Part shown: positions 1 to 10,941 of the stretch, in pieces
Position numbering within the stretch: position 1 is the first letter of the stretch
Layout of the letters: each line of letters starts with the position of its first letter
DNA from: an uncultured Acidobacteriota bacterium
GTDB taxonomy: Bacteria; Acidobacteriota; JAQAZP01
NCBI GenBank assembly: GCA_963836075.1
Contig: CAWIIB010000009.1
Coordinates: forward strand, 2,144,001-2,208,000
Reading direction: 5' to 3'
DNA: 64,000 bases
Notes under the pieces: generated by a model
The model's input: only the letters and a program-made list of their open reading frames with translations
The model's database searches: none
Told to the model about the DNA's origin: nothing
Program-made: the position numbers and the translations under genes

Positions 1-1
1 G

Positions 2-2239
2 AGCAACAACTTTTTTGAGCTCGGCTGGTATGTGAGCCCCCTCGGACTGCTGTTGGGCCTGATCGGGTTTTCGGCCCTCCTGCTGGGCCGCAGCCGGCTC
101 ACCGGCGTGGCCCGGGTGCCGTTTTTCCCCTGGGCCGCTTTCCTGGTCAGCCTGGTGGTGATGAGCGGCACCGCCGACATGCCGCTGCACATCTTCTCCA
201 TCCGCCGGATGGTTCCGGTGACCATCCCGGTCTTTCTCCTCTTCAGCCTGGTTCCTCTCCGCTGGCTCTGGGACCGGGCCCGCCCCCTGGGCCCGCTGGC
301 CGCGCTGGCCCTGGCCGCAGCCCTGGCACTGCTTCCCCTGACCAGCGGTGCCTGGAAGACGTACACCCACCGGGAACTGGACGGGGCGGTGGCCCAGCTG
401 GAGGACATGGTCTCTCAGTTCGACCCGCAGGACGTGCTGGTCTTTGACGGCGCCGACGAGCTGGCCCTGCCGCTGCGGGTGATCTTCGGGCACCGGCAGA
501 CCCTGGTCTACTTCGGCAGCGGCATCCACGCCCACCGGCAGTTGACCCGGTTCCTGCAGCGGCCAATCCCCGGAGCCCGGGGCCGCAAGCTGTTTATCAC
601 CACCCAGCCGACGCTGTTCGGCCGCTCCCCCGAGCGGTCCGTGGTCCTCTCCTGGCCCAAGCTGGAAATGACGGCGTCGAAGATCCCGACGGAGACGGTT
701 CGTGAACGGCACCTGGTCAATCTCTTCGCCTTCCCCGATCCCAAAGTCTGGAAATACACCACGACGCGGATCGACATCGGCGGCGCCGACTTCCCCTTCG
801 TGGACGGATTCCACGCCGCGGCCACCCACCACCGCCGGGTCCGCAACCGCTTCCGCCGGGTCAGCGGGCGATCGGTGATCGTCCTGCCCGAGGGCACGGT
901 GAAGGTCGGGCTGTTGATGGCCCGGGTGGAGGACGGGGCGGCATCGGTGGCCGTGCTCTACGAGGGTGCGGAGATCGACAGCTTTGTCCCCACCCGCGAG
1001 TTCGCCACCCGTTCGGTCAAGGTTTCGCGCGACGACGGGCTGCGCGGTCCGGGTGAACTGGTGATCTCTGCCGTGCCGCCGTCCCCCGGTGGCGGGGACC
1101 GGTTCTCCACGGCGGGGGTGGCGGAGGTGACTCTGATGGGCCGCTTCGGAACGCGGCGGCTCAAGGTGCATGATGACACGCCGGACTGGGAGGCGATGGG
1201 GTGGGGCCCCCTGGAAACCAGGGAAAAGGTGGAGCCGTTCACCGTCCGCTGGACCGGGCCCACCGCCCGGATCCGGGCTCCCGGATCGGCCACCATGCTG
1301 CGGCTGAACCTCTCCAACGGTTCGCGCCCGCGCAGCCTGCCCCCGGCCAGGGTGAGGTTGCTGCTCAACGGCCGCCGGGTGAGCGGCGTTATCGAACCGG
1401 GCAGCCGGTTCCGGACGGTGGACATTCCGGTTCCACCGTCCGAATATGGTCTGGACCGCCAGCTGCTGACCATCGAGTCAAACACCTGGAACCCGTATTT
1501 CGCCGGTCGTGGCGGCAGCCTCAACCGCTCCCTCGGCGTGGTGGTGGAAGGCCTGGAGATCATCCGGCCCAGCAACAGCCTGGAACGGGGACTGGCCAAG
1601 GTGACGGGGAGCCGGCACCAGGAGGGGTTGTTGCTGATCGAGGATTTCGCCCGGCAGTTCGGCCGGAATTCCGACTGGCGCATCCCCCTCGGCCTGGCCA
1701 TGGGCCACGAGAAAACGGGGCGGGTGTCCCTGGCCCGGGACGAATACAAGGAGAGCCTCGCCCTGTCCCCTGAGCTCAACGAATCCCACCGCCTGCTGCA
1801 GCGCCTGGCGTTGCGGCACGACGCCGTGCTGCGGGACCGCGAGCACCCGGGATGGAAGGAGGCCTCCGGGGGCGGGGGCCGTACAGCCGCGCCCCGGATC
1901 TCCAGCCCCTGGGTGCTCTCGCTGATCGGCAGTGAGCAGGAAACACCGCTGTCCCTGGAACCGGGCGGCAGTCTCGAATTCACCTATGCCGGTCTGGACC
2001 ACGGGGACCTGGTGGTGCTCAACCTGGTGGTGGGGCAGCCGGAACCGGGGGAGGAGCCGACAGCGGTGCGGCTGGAAGTCCTGCTGGACGGCAAGAGCTT
2101 CGGCGTCCTCGAACTGCCGGAAGAACGGTGGCAATCGCTGGTGCTCACCGGCCCCGCGCAAGCCGGGACGGAACACCGCTTGCAGGTCCTGCATCGCGGT
2201 GCCGCCCCGCTGCAGCTGAAGCGGATTCTCGTCTACTGA
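2..2239 (+). CDS. 5'-truncated multi-pass membrane protein (GT-C-like end) with large extracytoplasmic beta-rich region and a TPR-like segment
   Basis: Frame is open back to the window edge. N-terminal hydrophobic helices (e.g. FSIRRMVPVTIPVFLLFS) are followed by beta-rich segments (RWTGPTARI, LTIESNTWNP, RSLGVVVEGLEI) and TPR-like LGLAMGHEKTGRVSLARDEYKESLALSPE. Confidence 0.55.
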   Translation, partial: SNNFFELGWYVSPLGLLLGLIGFSALLLGRSRLTGVARVPFFPWAAFLVSLVVMSGTADMPLHIFSIRRMVPVTIPVFLLFSLVPLRWLWDRARPLGPLAALALAAALALLPLTSGAWKTYTHRELDGAVAQLEDMVSQFDPQDVLVFDGADELALPLRVIFGHRQTLVYFGSGIHAHRQLTRFLQRPIPGARGRKLFITTQPTLFGRSPERSVVLSWPKLEMTASKIPTETVRERHLVNLFAFPDPKVWKYTTTRIDIGGADFPFVDGFHAAATHHRRVRNRFRRVSGRSVIVLPEGTVKVGLLMARVEDGAASVAVLYEGAEIDSFVPTREFATRSVKVSRDDGLRGPGELVISAVPPSPGGGDRFSTAGVAEVTLMGRFGTRRLKVHDDTPDWEAMGWGPLETREKVEPFTVRWTGPTARIRAPGSATMLRLNLSNGSRPRSLPPARVRLLLNGRRVSGVIEPGSRFRTVDIPVPPSEYGLDRQLLTIESNTWNPYFAGRGGSLNRSLGVVVEGLEIIRPSNSLERGLAKVTGSRHQEGLLLIEDFARQFGRNSDWRIPLGLAMGHEKTGRVSLARDEYKESLALSPELNESHRLLQRLALRHDAVLRDREHPGWKEASGGGGRTAAPRISSPWVLSLIGSEQETPLSLEPGGSLEFTYAGLDHGDLVVLNLVVGQPEPGEEPTAVRLEVLLDGKSFGVLELPEERWQSLVLTGPAQAGTEHRLQVLHRGAAPLQLKRILVY

Positions 2240-2324
2240 TCCCATCTAGGAAATCGTGGAAAAACGGTATATATTACCTGCGCTTCAAACCGTATCCCAG
2301 GCTGTGGATCCAAGTTAACGAAAG

Positions 2325-3422
2325 GTGAGCAAAGTGAAGACCGCCCTGATTACCGGCATAACGGGTCAAGATGGCGCCTACCTGGCCGAACTGCTCCTGG
2401 AGCAGGGGTATTCGGTCCACGGAATCAAAAGGCGATCCTCCAGTTTCAACACCCAGCGTATCGACCACCTGTACCAGGATGTGCACGACGCTGACCGGCG
2501 TTTCTCCCTGCACTACGGCGACTTGACCGATTCCACCAACCTGATCAGGATCATCCAGGAGGTCCGGCCCGACGAGGTTTACAATCTTGCGGCCCAGAGC
2601 CACGTCCAGGTCTCCTTCGAGACCCCGGAATACACGGCCAACGCCGACGCGGTGGGCACCCTCCGTCTGCTGGAGGCGATCAGGCTGCTGAACCTCGAGA
2701 AAACCACCCGGTTCTACCAGGCCTCCACCAGCGAGATGTTTGGCCGGGTGCGCGAGGTGCCGCAGACCGAAAAAACGCCTTTCTACCCCCGCAGTCCGTA
2801 CGGGGTGGCCAAGGTCTACAGTTACTGGATCACGGTGAATTACCGCGAGGCCTACGGCATCTTCGCGTCCAACGGCATCCTCTTCAACCACGAGAGCCCG
2901 ATACGGGGCGAGACGTTCGTCACCCGCAAGATCACCAGGGGCGCGGCCCGCATCGCTCTGGGTACCCAGCAGCGCCTGCACCTGGGCAACCTGGACAGCC
3001 GCCGCGACTGGGGCCATGCCCGTGACTACGTCCGGGCCCAGTGGCTTATCCTGCAGCACGACCGGCCGGACGACTTCGTGGTGGCCTCCGGAGAGCAGCA
3101 CTCGGTGCGGGAGTTCTGCGAGCGGGCTTTCACCGCGGCGGGCATCGAGGTGGAATGGCGGGGCGAGGGCCTGGAAGAGCAGGGCGTGGTCCGCTCGGCC
3201 ACCGGCGACGCCAGCCACCTCCAGCCGGGTACGGTGATCCTGGAGATCAGCCCCCGCTACTTCCGGCCCACCGAGGTGGAAACTCTGTTGGGCGACCCCT
3301 CCAAGGCGCGTGACGAACTGGGGTGGGAAAGCAGCACCAGTTTCGAGCAGCTGGTGGCGGAGATGGTGGAGTGCGACATCGAGGATGCGCGGCGGGAAAA
3401 GAAAACCGGCGAAGGCGCCTGA
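2325..3422 (+). CDS. gmd: GDP-mannose 4,6-dehydratase
   Basis: [63 protein letters not shown]. Confidence 0.97.
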   Translation: MSKVKTALITGITGQDGAYLAELLLEQGYSVHGIKRRSSSFNTQRIDHLYQDVHDADRRFSLHYGDLTDSTNLIRIIQEVRPDEVYNLAAQSHVQVSFETPEYTANADAVGTLRLLEAIRLLNLEKTTRFYQASTSEMFGRVREVPQTEKTPFYPRSPYGVAKVYSYWITVNYREAYGIFASNGILFNHESPIRGETFVTRKITRGAARIALGTQQRLHLGNLDSRRDWGHARDYVRAQWLILQHDRPDDFVVASGEQHSVREFCERAFTAAGIEVEWRGEGLEEQGVVRSATGDASHLQPGTVILEISPRYFRPTEVETLLGDPSKARDELGWESSTSFEQLVAEMVECDIEDARREKKTGEGA

Positions 3423-3455
3423 ATACTACTAACCCCATTACTCGAGGGACGGTCG

Positions 3456-4424
3456 ATGACGAAGGCACTGGTTTGCGGGGCCGGCGGATTTATCGGTGGG
3501 CACCTGGTCAAGGAACTGAAGGCGCGGGGTTGCTGGGTCCGCGGTGTTGACATCAAGGAACACGAGTTCGCCGCCACGGCGGCGGACGAGTTTCTCCTGC
3601 TGGATCTGCGGAAAGCGGACGATTGCGCCCGGGCGCTGGAGCTGGCCGGGGGCCGGTTCGACGAGGTCTACCAGCTGGCCGCCGACATGGGCGGCATGGG
3701 CTTCATCCATTCCGCCGAATGCGAGATCATGCGCAACAGTGCGCTGATCAACATCAACATGACCCACGCCGCCGCCGCGGCCAAGGTCTCCCGCTATTTC
3801 TTCTCCTCCTCCGTCTGCATCTACCGCGACATGAAGATCGGCGAACCGGAGATGGGCGAGGACGGCGCCTATCCCGCCCTGCCGGACAACGAGTACGGCT
3901 GGGAGAAACTCTACGCCGAACGGATGGCCATGGCCTACGGCCGCAACATGGGGATGGTGATCCGTATCGCCCGTTTTCAGAACTGCTTCGGTGCCGAGGG
4001 CACCTGGGACGGGGGACGGGAAAAGGCGCCGGCGGCCATCTGCCGCAAGGTGGCCCAGGCCGACGACGGCGGTCTGATCGACGTCTGGGGCGACGGCTCC
4101 GCGGTGCGTTCGTACACCCATGTCGACGACATGGTGGAGGGCATCCTGCTGCTGATGCACTCAGACCTCGACCGGCCGGCGAATATCGGCTGCCCGGAGT
4201 ATGTCTCGGTGAAGGAACTGGTGGAGACGGTGGCCGAGGTGGCCGGCAAGAAGATCACCATCAACTATGTCGACGGACCGGTGGGCGTGGAGTCACGCAA
4301 CTTCAGCAACGAGCTGATCTACTCCATCGGCTGGCGCTCCAAAGTCTCGTTCCGCGAGGGCATCGCCCGCACCTATCCCTGGATTGCCGAGCAGGTGGAG
4401 GCGCAGCGTAGGAGTCACAGGTGA
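3456..4424 (+). CDS. NAD-dependent epimerase, GDP-mannose 3,5-epimerase (GME)-like
   Basis: GAGGFIG, LAADMGGMGFI, SSSVCIY, YGWEKL and GGREKAPAAICRKV are GME-type signatures. Confidence 0.8.
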   Translation: MTKALVCGAGGFIGGHLVKELKARGCWVRGVDIKEHEFAATAADEFLLLDLRKADDCARALELAGGRFDEVYQLAADMGGMGFIHSAECEIMRNSALININMTHAAAAAKVSRYFFSSSVCIYRDMKIGEPEMGEDGAYPALPDNEYGWEKLYAERMAMAYGRNMGMVIRIARFQNCFGAEGTWDGGREKAPAAICRKVAQADDGGLIDVWGDGSAVRSYTHVDDMVEGILLLMHSDLDRPANIGCPEYVSVKELVETVAEVAGKKITINYVDGPVGVESRNFSNELIYSIGWRSKVSFREGIARTYPWIAEQVEAQRRSHR

Positions 4425-4900
4425 AGAAGATCAGGCTCGACGTGAACGGCACCGTGCATACGGTGTCGGTTGACGGCGAGGAGCCGCTGCTCTGGGTCCT
4501 CCGGGAGGAGTTGGGCCTGACCGGAACCAAGTTCGGCTGTGGCGAAGGGTCGTGCGGCGCCTGCTCGGTGCTGGTGGACGGCGAACTGCACCGCTCCTGT
4601 GTCCTGTCCGTCAGCGATGTCGCTGCCGGCGAGAAGATCGTGACCATCGAAGGGCTCGCCTCAAACGGCGAGATGACACCCCTGCAGTCGGCCTTTATCG
4701 AGCACACCGCCTTCGGCTGCGGTTTCTGCACCCCGGGGATGATCATCACCGCCACGGCGCTGCTCACCGAGAATCCCAACCCCTCACCACAGCAGATCGT
4801 TGACTATATGAACGACAACCTCTGCCGCTGTGCGTCGTATCCCGGCATCGTCAAAGCGATTGAGAGCGTCACTGGAAACCGCAGGAAGGGGGGGGCGTGA
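4421..4900 (+). CDS. 2x[2Fe-2S] small subunit of a xanthine dehydrogenase-family enzyme (CoxS/IorA-like)
   Basis: GTKFGCGEGSCGACSVLVDG, CGFCTPG, NLCRCASY; GTGA overlap with the upstream gene. Confidence 0.93.
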   Translation: MKKIRLDVNGTVHTVSVDGEEPLLWVLREELGLTGTKFGCGEGSCGACSVLVDGELHRSCVLSVSDVAAGEKIVTIEGLASNGEMTPLQSAFIEHTAFGCGFCTPGMIITATALLTENPNPSPQQIVDYMNDNLCRCASYPGIVKAIESVTGNRRKGGA

Positions 4901-7047
4901 CTCTGGACCGGCGCCAGTTCCTCAAGCTCGCCAGCGGCTCCCTGGCCTACGGCTTCGCGCTGGCCTGCGGTGACGAATCGCAGGTCGATGTGGGAGAAGC
5001 GGCGAAGGAAACCACGGTCCGGAAAAAGAGACTCGTTTCCCACGCCGAGATCTACTTCGTCGACTACACCGAGTGGTTCTTCATCCACGCCGACGGATCG
5101 GTGACCGTTCACACCGGCCGTATCGAGCTCGGTCAGGGGCTCAAGACCGTCATCAGCAACGTGGTATCCCAGGGCCTGGGCATCCCTCCCGAGGTGATCG
5201 AGATCGTCATGGGCGATACCGCCAGCTGCCCCGACGATGGGCCCACCGAGGGCAGCAGCGCCACCCGGATTGTGGGCTGGGGCCACTGGAGCGCCTGCGC
5301 CAGGATTCGCCAGGACCTGCTGCGACGTGCCGCCGGGGCGCTTGGCTGCCCGGCTGACCAGCTGACCTTGTCCCACAGCGCCATCTCCCGCCGCGGGAAG
5401 CCTGAACAGCAGGTGACGGTCTCCCAGCTGGTGAACGATGACGGCACGGTCCGGCTGGCAACCGTCGACTACCATGAAGCGAAAAAGCACAACCCGCCAT
5501 ACATCGACAGAAAGACAACCGCGGTGAACGCCGAGGCCATCGTCACCGGCAGCCTGAAGTACACCGGCGACCTTTTTCCCGACCAGTGTCACTATGGCGC
5601 CTGGCTCGTCCCCCCGTATCACATCCACCTCAGCACTCTGGAATCGGTGGATCTGGAGGCGGCACGCAGGGTGCCCGGAGTCGTGGCCGCCCAGCGATCC
5701 TGGCGCTCGGCATTCGTCGTCGCCGACCGCTACAGCACGGTACAGATGGGGCTGGAGGCGATGAAGGCCTCCTGGAGTCCTCCGCTGCGAAGCAAGGCGC
5801 TTCATCGGGAAGATGAAATCCGCGCCGGGGCGAGCCTGGTGAAAACCGTCGAGGATGGGGGAGATCCCGCGGCCGGCCTGGCCCGAAGTGCGGTCACCCT
5901 CGGTGAGACCTACATCACCCAGTATGCCAGCCAGGCACCCATCGAGACCGAGACGGCCATCGCCCGGGACGAGGATGGCCAGATGGTTGTCTGGGCTTCA
6001 ACCCAGGCGCCGTTCAAGGCGCGGCCACGGATCGCGGAGAGGATCGGCGTGCCCGAGGAGCAGGTGCGGGTGATCAGCATGCCGGTGGGCGGCGGGTTCG
6101 GTGTCAAGGTCGGCACCACGGCTCCCGCCGAAGCGGCCGAGTTCGCCCGGGCGGCCGGGGGCACCGTCAAGCACGTCTACGGCCGCGAATACCAGTTCGT
6201 CGGTCTGGCCCGCTACAAGGAGGCGGTGGTGGCGGACATCACCAGCGGGGTGAGCTCGGACGGCACGCTCATCGCCCGCACTCTCGATCTGTACCAGGAC
6301 GAAGGGCACGGCAGCGCCAGGACATACAAGATCCCCAACGTGTCGACACGGCTGTTCCACACCGTCATGCCGGCCCGCCACGCCACCATGCGCGGCACCA
6401 GTTTCGTGCAGACCGGCTTCGCCGTGGAGAGCCACACCGACATGCTGGCCCAGGCGGTGGGGCTGGACCCGGTGGAGTTCCGCAAACTCAATCTCCACAC
6501 CCAGTCGTTTCGCCCATTGCTCGACGCCTGCTGTGAGATGCTCGAATACGGGCACCTAGCGCTGCCGCCGGACCACGGGATCGGTTTCGCCATCTGCCAC
6601 CACGGCGGGCGGCAACTGGGGGCCGTGGGCGCCGAGGTGTCGGTCAACCGCTCCACCGGCGCCATTCGTGTCGAGCGGATGGCCGGCGCGTTCGATATCG
6701 GTGTGGTGGTGAACATCAACACCCTCACCGCCAACACCAACGGCGCCATGATCTGGGGTCTGGGTTTCGCCCTCTTCGAAGAGGTGGAACTGGATGGCCA
6801 CACCGCCTTCGCCCGGGGCTTCGACAGCTACCGCATCCCGCGCTTCTCCGACGTTCCGCCGATCGAGCTCGCCTTCTTCAACAACGAAACCATCGATCAG
6901 ATGCCGCGGGGCTGCGGCGAGCTCCCGGTTATTCCAACGGTGGGGGCCATCGCCAACGCGGTCTACCGGGCCATCGGGGTGCGCTTTTACGAATTGCCGC
7001 TGACGCCGCAACGGGTGCTCGGGGCGCTCGCAGAGCGGAAGTCCTGA
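4897..7047 (+). CDS. Molybdopterin-binding large subunit, xanthine dehydrogenase family (IorB-like), with Tat signal and possible lipobox
   Basis: DRRQFLK twin-arginine motif, FALAC, IELGQG, VWASTQ, VGGGFG, GCGE catalytic Glu, AIANAVYRAIGVRFYELP. Confidence 0.88.
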   Translation: MTLDRRQFLKLASGSLAYGFALACGDESQVDVGEAAKETTVRKKRLVSHAEIYFVDYTEWFFIHADGSVTVHTGRIELGQGLKTVISNVVSQGLGIPPEVIEIVMGDTASCPDDGPTEGSSATRIVGWGHWSACARIRQDLLRRAAGALGCPADQLTLSHSAISRRGKPEQQVTVSQLVNDDGTVRLATVDYHEAKKHNPPYIDRKTTAVNAEAIVTGSLKYTGDLFPDQCHYGAWLVPPYHIHLSTLESVDLEAARRVPGVVAAQRSWRSAFVVADRYSTVQMGLEAMKASWSPPLRSKALHREDEIRAGASLVKTVEDGGDPAAGLARSAVTLGETYITQYASQAPIETETAIARDEDGQMVVWASTQAPFKARPRIAERIGVPEEQVRVISMPVGGGFGVKVGTTAPAEAAEFARAAGGTVKHVYGREYQFVGLARYKEAVVADITSGVSSDGTLIARTLDLYQDEGHGSARTYKIPNVSTRLFHTVMPARHATMRGTSFVQTGFAVESHTDMLAQAVGLDPVEFRKLNLHTQSFRPLLDACCEMLEYGHLALPPDHGIGFAICHHGGRQLGAVGAEVSVNRSTGAIRVERMAGAFDIGVVVNINTLTANTNGAMIWGLGFALFEEVELDGHTAFARGFDSYRIPRFSDVPPIELAFFNNETIDQMPRGCGELPVIPTVGAIANAVYRAIGVRFYELPLTPQRVLGALAERKS

Positions 7048-7048
7048 G

Positions 7049-8464
7049 CTAGAAGGCTCCCCGCCGCTTGAACACCGCGGGCAGGGTCTTGAGCAGGATG
7101 GCCAGGTCCATGAAGAAGGACCGGTTGCGGATGTAGTAGAAGTCGTATTCCAGGTTCTCGTGCAGCGGCAGTTCCTTGCGGCCGATCACCTGCCACAGCC
7201 CGGTGATCCCCGGTTTGACGTTGAAGCGCTTCTTCTGCCACTCCTCGTACTGGCCGACGATGAAGGGCATTTCCGGCCGCGGCCCCACCAGGCTCATCTC
7301 CCCCCGCACCACGTTGAAGAACTGCGGCAGTTCGTCGAGGCTGGTCCGGCGCAGGAAGCGGCCCACCCGGGTGGTGCGCGGGTCGTCGGGGCTGCTGGGC
7401 GCCTTCTCGTAGTTGTCGGTGTCGATCTGCATGGTGCGGAACTTGTACATCTCGAACTCTTTCCCGCGGTAGCCTATCCGTTTCTGCTTGAAGATCGCCG
7501 GTCCGCGGGAGTCGATCCGCACCAGCAGCGCCGTGGCGGCCAGCAGCGGCATGGTCAGCGCCAGCAGGGGCAGCGAGATCAGCAGGTCGAAGACCCGTTT
7601 GGCCGCCGGGTAGACCGAGTGCCGGCCGCCATTGGCCCGCAGGTCGAACACCGGGCAGTTCTCGATAACGTCGATGTCCGCCCCCCGGGAGAGCACCTCA
7701 AAGAGGTTGGACACCACGCGGAAGTTCACCGGCATGCCGTCCAGCCCGGCCACCAGGTTGAGGATCTCCCGCGGTTTCTTCGACGGCATGGCGACAAAGA
7801 TCTCCCGGATATTCTGTTCCCGGGTGATCCGCGCCAGGTCTTCGAGGGTCCCCAGGACCCTGATGCCGCCGAACTCATTGCCAGCTTTCTCCGGGTCGTC
7901 GTCGAGGAAACCCACCACCCGGTAACCCACCTCCGGGTGGTCTTCCAGCCGCTGCAGCGCCCGGATGCCGGTGCTGCCGGCGCCGAGGATCAGGACGTTC
8001 ACCGTCCAGGCGCCCTTGGCCCGCTGGCGCCGTTCCAGGCGGGAGAAAATGTAGCGCGACAGGCCCAGCAGGGGCAGGTTGAACAGGGCGGAGAGGAAGA
8101 TCACCGAGCGGCCCAGGCCGAACTCGCGGAACACGTAGGCCACGGCCAGCACCACCAGCAGGTTGAGCAGCACCGCCTTGATCAGCGAGTGGAACTCCTC
8201 GAATCGGGTGATCTGCCGTTTGCGCCGGTGGAGCTGGAAGGTGGCGCAGACGATGATCCAGAGCACGGCGATGGCCGGCAGGACCAGGAAGTAGGGCAGC
8301 GGCGGGTTGATCTGCCGCAGGAAATAGCTGTCCAGGGCGGCGCGGAGGTAGTAGGCGGAGATCCAGGAAATCGAGATGGCCGCCACGTCGATGGTGACCA
8401 GCAGGTAGTGGAAATGGCCACGATATGTCCGTTCCAGAGTCACTGTCACCTCCAGTGAATCCAT
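7049..8464 (-). CDS. Polyprenyl-phosphate hexose-1-phosphate transferase (WcaJ/WbaP-like initiating transferase)
   Basis: Four N-terminal TMs, CoA-binding-like ILGAG...[50 protein letters not shown]. Alternative GTG start at 8443 follows a GGAGG. Confidence 0.92.
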   Translation of the reverse strand: MDSLEVTVTLERTYRGHFHYLLVTIDVAAISISWISAYYLRAALDSYFLRQINPPLPYFLVLPAIAVLWIIVCATFQLHRRKRQITRFEEFHSLIKAVLLNLLVVLAVAYVFREFGLGRSVIFLSALFNLPLLGLSRYIFSRLERRQRAKGAWTVNVLILGAGSTGIRALQRLEDHPEVGYRVVGFLDDDPEKAGNEFGGIRVLGTLEDLARITREQNIREIFVAMPSKKPREILNLVAGLDGMPVNFRVVSNLFEVLSRGADIDVIENCPVFDLRANGGRHSVYPAAKRVFDLLISLPLLALTMPLLAATALLVRIDSRGPAIFKQKRIGYRGKEFEMYKFRTMQIDTDNYEKAPSSPDDPRTTRVGRFLRRTSLDELPQFFNVVRGEMSLVGPRPEMPFIVGQYEEWQKKRFNVKPGITGLWQVIGRKELPLHENLEYDFYYIRNRSFFMDLAILLKTLPAVFKRRGAF

Positions 8465-8576
8465 GCTACACAATCGGGTGACCCGGGCGCAACGCGGTTT
8501 GTTTTCAGTGCGCGGGGTCGGATACAATCACCGTTTCCGATACCGCCAACACCATGTGGAGGCCCCTGATCGAACC

Positions 8577-10505
8577 ATGAAGAACGTCATTGTGGGGACC
8601 GCCGGGCACATCGACCACGGCAAAAGCCGGCTGGTCACGGCGCTCACCGGAACCGATCCCGACCGGCTCAAGGAAGAGAAGGAGCGGGGGATCACCATCG
8701 ACATCGGTTTCGCCTTCATGCCCTTTGGTGAGGAGCTGCGGCTGGGGTTTGTCGACGTGCCGGGGCACGAGAAGTTTGTCAAGAACATGCTGGCCGGCAT
8801 CGGAGGTATCGACCTGGTCCTGCTGGTGGTGGCCGCCGACGAGTCGGTGATGCCCCAGACCAGGGAGCACTTCAACATCTGCCGCCTGCTGGGCGTGCAG
8901 CGGGGCCTGGTGGTGCTCACCAAGACCGACATGGCCGATCCGGAGATGACCGAACTGGTGGAACTGGAAGTCCGCGAGTTCCTCACCGGCTCCTTCCTGG
9001 AGGACGCGCCGCTGCTCAAGGTCAGTTCGGTCACCGGTGAGGGGGTGGAGGAGCTGCGCCGGGCCCTGGAGGCCGAGGCGCAGCTGGCGCGCAGCAAGGA
9101 AACCACGCGGCCCTTCCGGCTCCCCGTGGACCGGGCCTTCACCATCCGCGGGTTCGGTACCGTGGTCACCGGCACCCTGCTGGCCGGTGACATCACGGTG
9201 GGCGAGGACGTGGAGGTCCAGCCCATCGGCAAAACGGCGCGGGTCCGGGGGATCGAGGTCCACGGCGCGAAGGTGGAGCGGGCCGAAGCCGGCCAGCGGA
9301 CGGCGATCAACCTTCACGGGGTCAACCTCGACGAGGTGGACCGCGGCCACCTGCTGGGCCGCCCGGGCACCTTCAGCCCCAGTTCGCTCTTCGACGCCAG
9401 TCTCGAACTGGTGGACACCGCCGACCGGCCGCTAAAGGACGGCGCCCGGGTCCGCTTCCACCTCGGCACCGACGAGATCATGGCCCGGGTGACCCTGCTC
9501 GACCCGCAGGGCGGCCGTCAGCTGGACCCCGGCAACCGGACCTGGGTCCAGCTGCGTCTGGAGCGGCCCACCGCTGCCTTCCCCGGTGACCGTTACATCA
9601 TCCGCCAGTATTCACCGGTAATCACCATCGGCGGCGGCACGGTGATCGATAACCTCCCCACCCGGCACCGCCGGCGCCAGGCGCCGGAAGTGGCCGGGCG
9701 GCTGGAGGCCCTGGAGGCCGGCGGCCCGGAGGAGCGGCTGACCCTCTTCGCCCAGGAAGCGGGTCTCAAGGGCCTGACGGTCTCCGCGGCGACGGTTCGC
9801 GCCGGGCTGCACCCCAAGGAGGCCGGGGCCCTGCTGCGGCAGCTGGTGAAAGAGGGCACCCTGGTCAGCCTCGGTGACAATCCGCTCACCGTCTGCCCCG
9901 CGGCGGTGTATGGCCAGCTGCGCGACGCTCTATTGGCCACCCTGGAGGCCTACCATGCCGAGCAGACCTTGCGCGGCGGGATGCCGCGGGAGGAACTGCG
10001 GGTGCGCATCGGGGCCGGGGACGGACTGTTCCGTCGCCTGCTCTCCGAGCTGTCCGGGGACGGGCGGGTGAAGGCCGAGGCCGACGAGGTGGCGCTCACC
10101 GGCCACCGGGTGACCCTCTCCGGCGGTGAGGAGGAGATCCGCCGGTCACTGGTGGAGATCTATGACCAGGCCGGTTTCACACCACCCTCCATGGGCGATG
10201 CCCTGGCCCGGGCCGGCGGGGACCGCGCCACCGCGGAACAGATCTTCCACCTGCTGCTGCGGGAGGGAGAACTGGTGCGGGTCACCACCGACCTCACCCT
10301 CTCCCGGGCCTCGATGGACGAGGTGAAGTCGCGCCTGCTGGGCCTGCGCAGCTCGGGCCAGGAGGAGGTGACGGTGGGTGACGTGAAACAGCTGTTCGGC
10401 CTGACCCGCAAATTCGCCATCCCGCTGCTGGAACACCTGGACCGCAGCCGGTTCACCCGGCGGGTGGGTGACAAGCGGGTCTTCCGGGACGAACCGGATG
10501 GTTGA
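8577..10505 (+). CDS. selB: Selenocysteine-specific elongation factor
   Basis: [36 protein letters not shown], and C-terminal winged helix [15 protein letters not shown]...RVGDKR. Start set at ATG 8577. Confidence 0.96.
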   Translation: MKNVIVGTAGHIDHGKSRLVTALTGTDPDRLKEEKERGITIDIGFAFMPFGEELRLGFVDVPGHEKFVKNMLAGIGGIDLVLLVVAADESVMPQTREHFNICRLLGVQRGLVVLTKTDMADPEMTELVELEVREFLTGSFLEDAPLLKVSSVTGEGVEELRRALEAEAQLARSKETTRPFRLPVDRAFTIRGFGTVVTGTLLAGDITVGEDVEVQPIGKTARVRGIEVHGAKVERAEAGQRTAINLHGVNLDEVDRGHLLGRPGTFSPSSLFDASLELVDTADRPLKDGARVRFHLGTDEIMARVTLLDPQGGRQLDPGNRTWVQLRLERPTAAFPGDRYIIRQYSPVITIGGGTVIDNLPTRHRRRQAPEVAGRLEALEAGGPEERLTLFAQEAGLKGLTVSAATVRAGLHPKEAGALLRQLVKEGTLVSLGDNPLTVCPAAVYGQLRDALLATLEAYHAEQTLRGGMPREELRVRIGAGDGLFRRLLSELSGDGRVKAEADEVALTGHRVTLSGGEEEIRRSLVEIYDQAGFTPPSMGDALARAGGDRATAEQIFHLLLREGELVRVTTDLTLSRASMDEVKSRLLGLRSSGQEEVTVGDVKQLFGLTRKFAIPLLEHLDRSRFTRRVGDKRVFRDEPDG

Positions 10506-10612
10506 CCTTGGTTTTCCCGACCGCCCGGTCTACAATACCGGTCAGATGTGCCGGGCCAGGGGCCGGGGTTTTCCCGGGCTGCGGGCCGGCACGGTGCAGG
10601 AGCCCCAAATTG

Positions 10613-10828
10613 ATGAATTCTTCATTTGTGCTGCTCTTCGGAATCGGTTCCCTCGGGATGGGCGAGATGCTGCTCATCCTGCTGGTGGTACTTTTGATCT
10701 TCGGCGCCAAGAAGCTCCCTGAAATCGGGTCCGGCCTGGGCAAGGGGATCCGCGGGTTCAAGGATTCGCTGAAAAGCGATGATGCCGAGTCGAAGAAGGA
10801 ACTGGACGAGGGCGACGAGCAGAAGTAG
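10613..10828 (+). CDS. tatA: Twin-arginine translocase TatA/TatE subunit
   Basis: [34 protein letters not shown]; CAGGAG RBS upstream. Confidence 0.93.
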   Translation: MNSSFVLLFGIGSLGMGEMLLILLVVLLIFGAKKLPEIGSGLGKGIRGFKDSLKSDDAESKKELDEGDEQK

Positions 10829-10941
10829 CGGTTTTCATTTCACTGACCCCGGCCGCCAGCCGGTCTCCCCGGCCCGAGCGCGTGTGAAGGATCCAACCCG
10901 CCGGGGGATCGACGACCAGTGGGTGCGGAGGTGAGCAAGCA

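Noticed and set aside
4421-7047. Selenoprotein by UGA read-through in the molybdoenzyme or elsewhere in the window
   Set aside because: ORFs look full-length at their TGA stops, and the four broken genes are frameshifts rather than in-frame UGA.
8439-8453. Near-copy of the GGTGACWGTCACC palindrome at the wcaJ-like start
   Set aside because: Imperfect, and explained by GGAGG plus a GTG start on the minus strand.
10506-10941. Possible tRNA-Sec (selC) or structured RNA near selB
   Set aside because: No TCA anticodon loop or TTCGA T-arm in a cloverleaf context; CTTCAAA at about 2283 also lacks tRNA arms.
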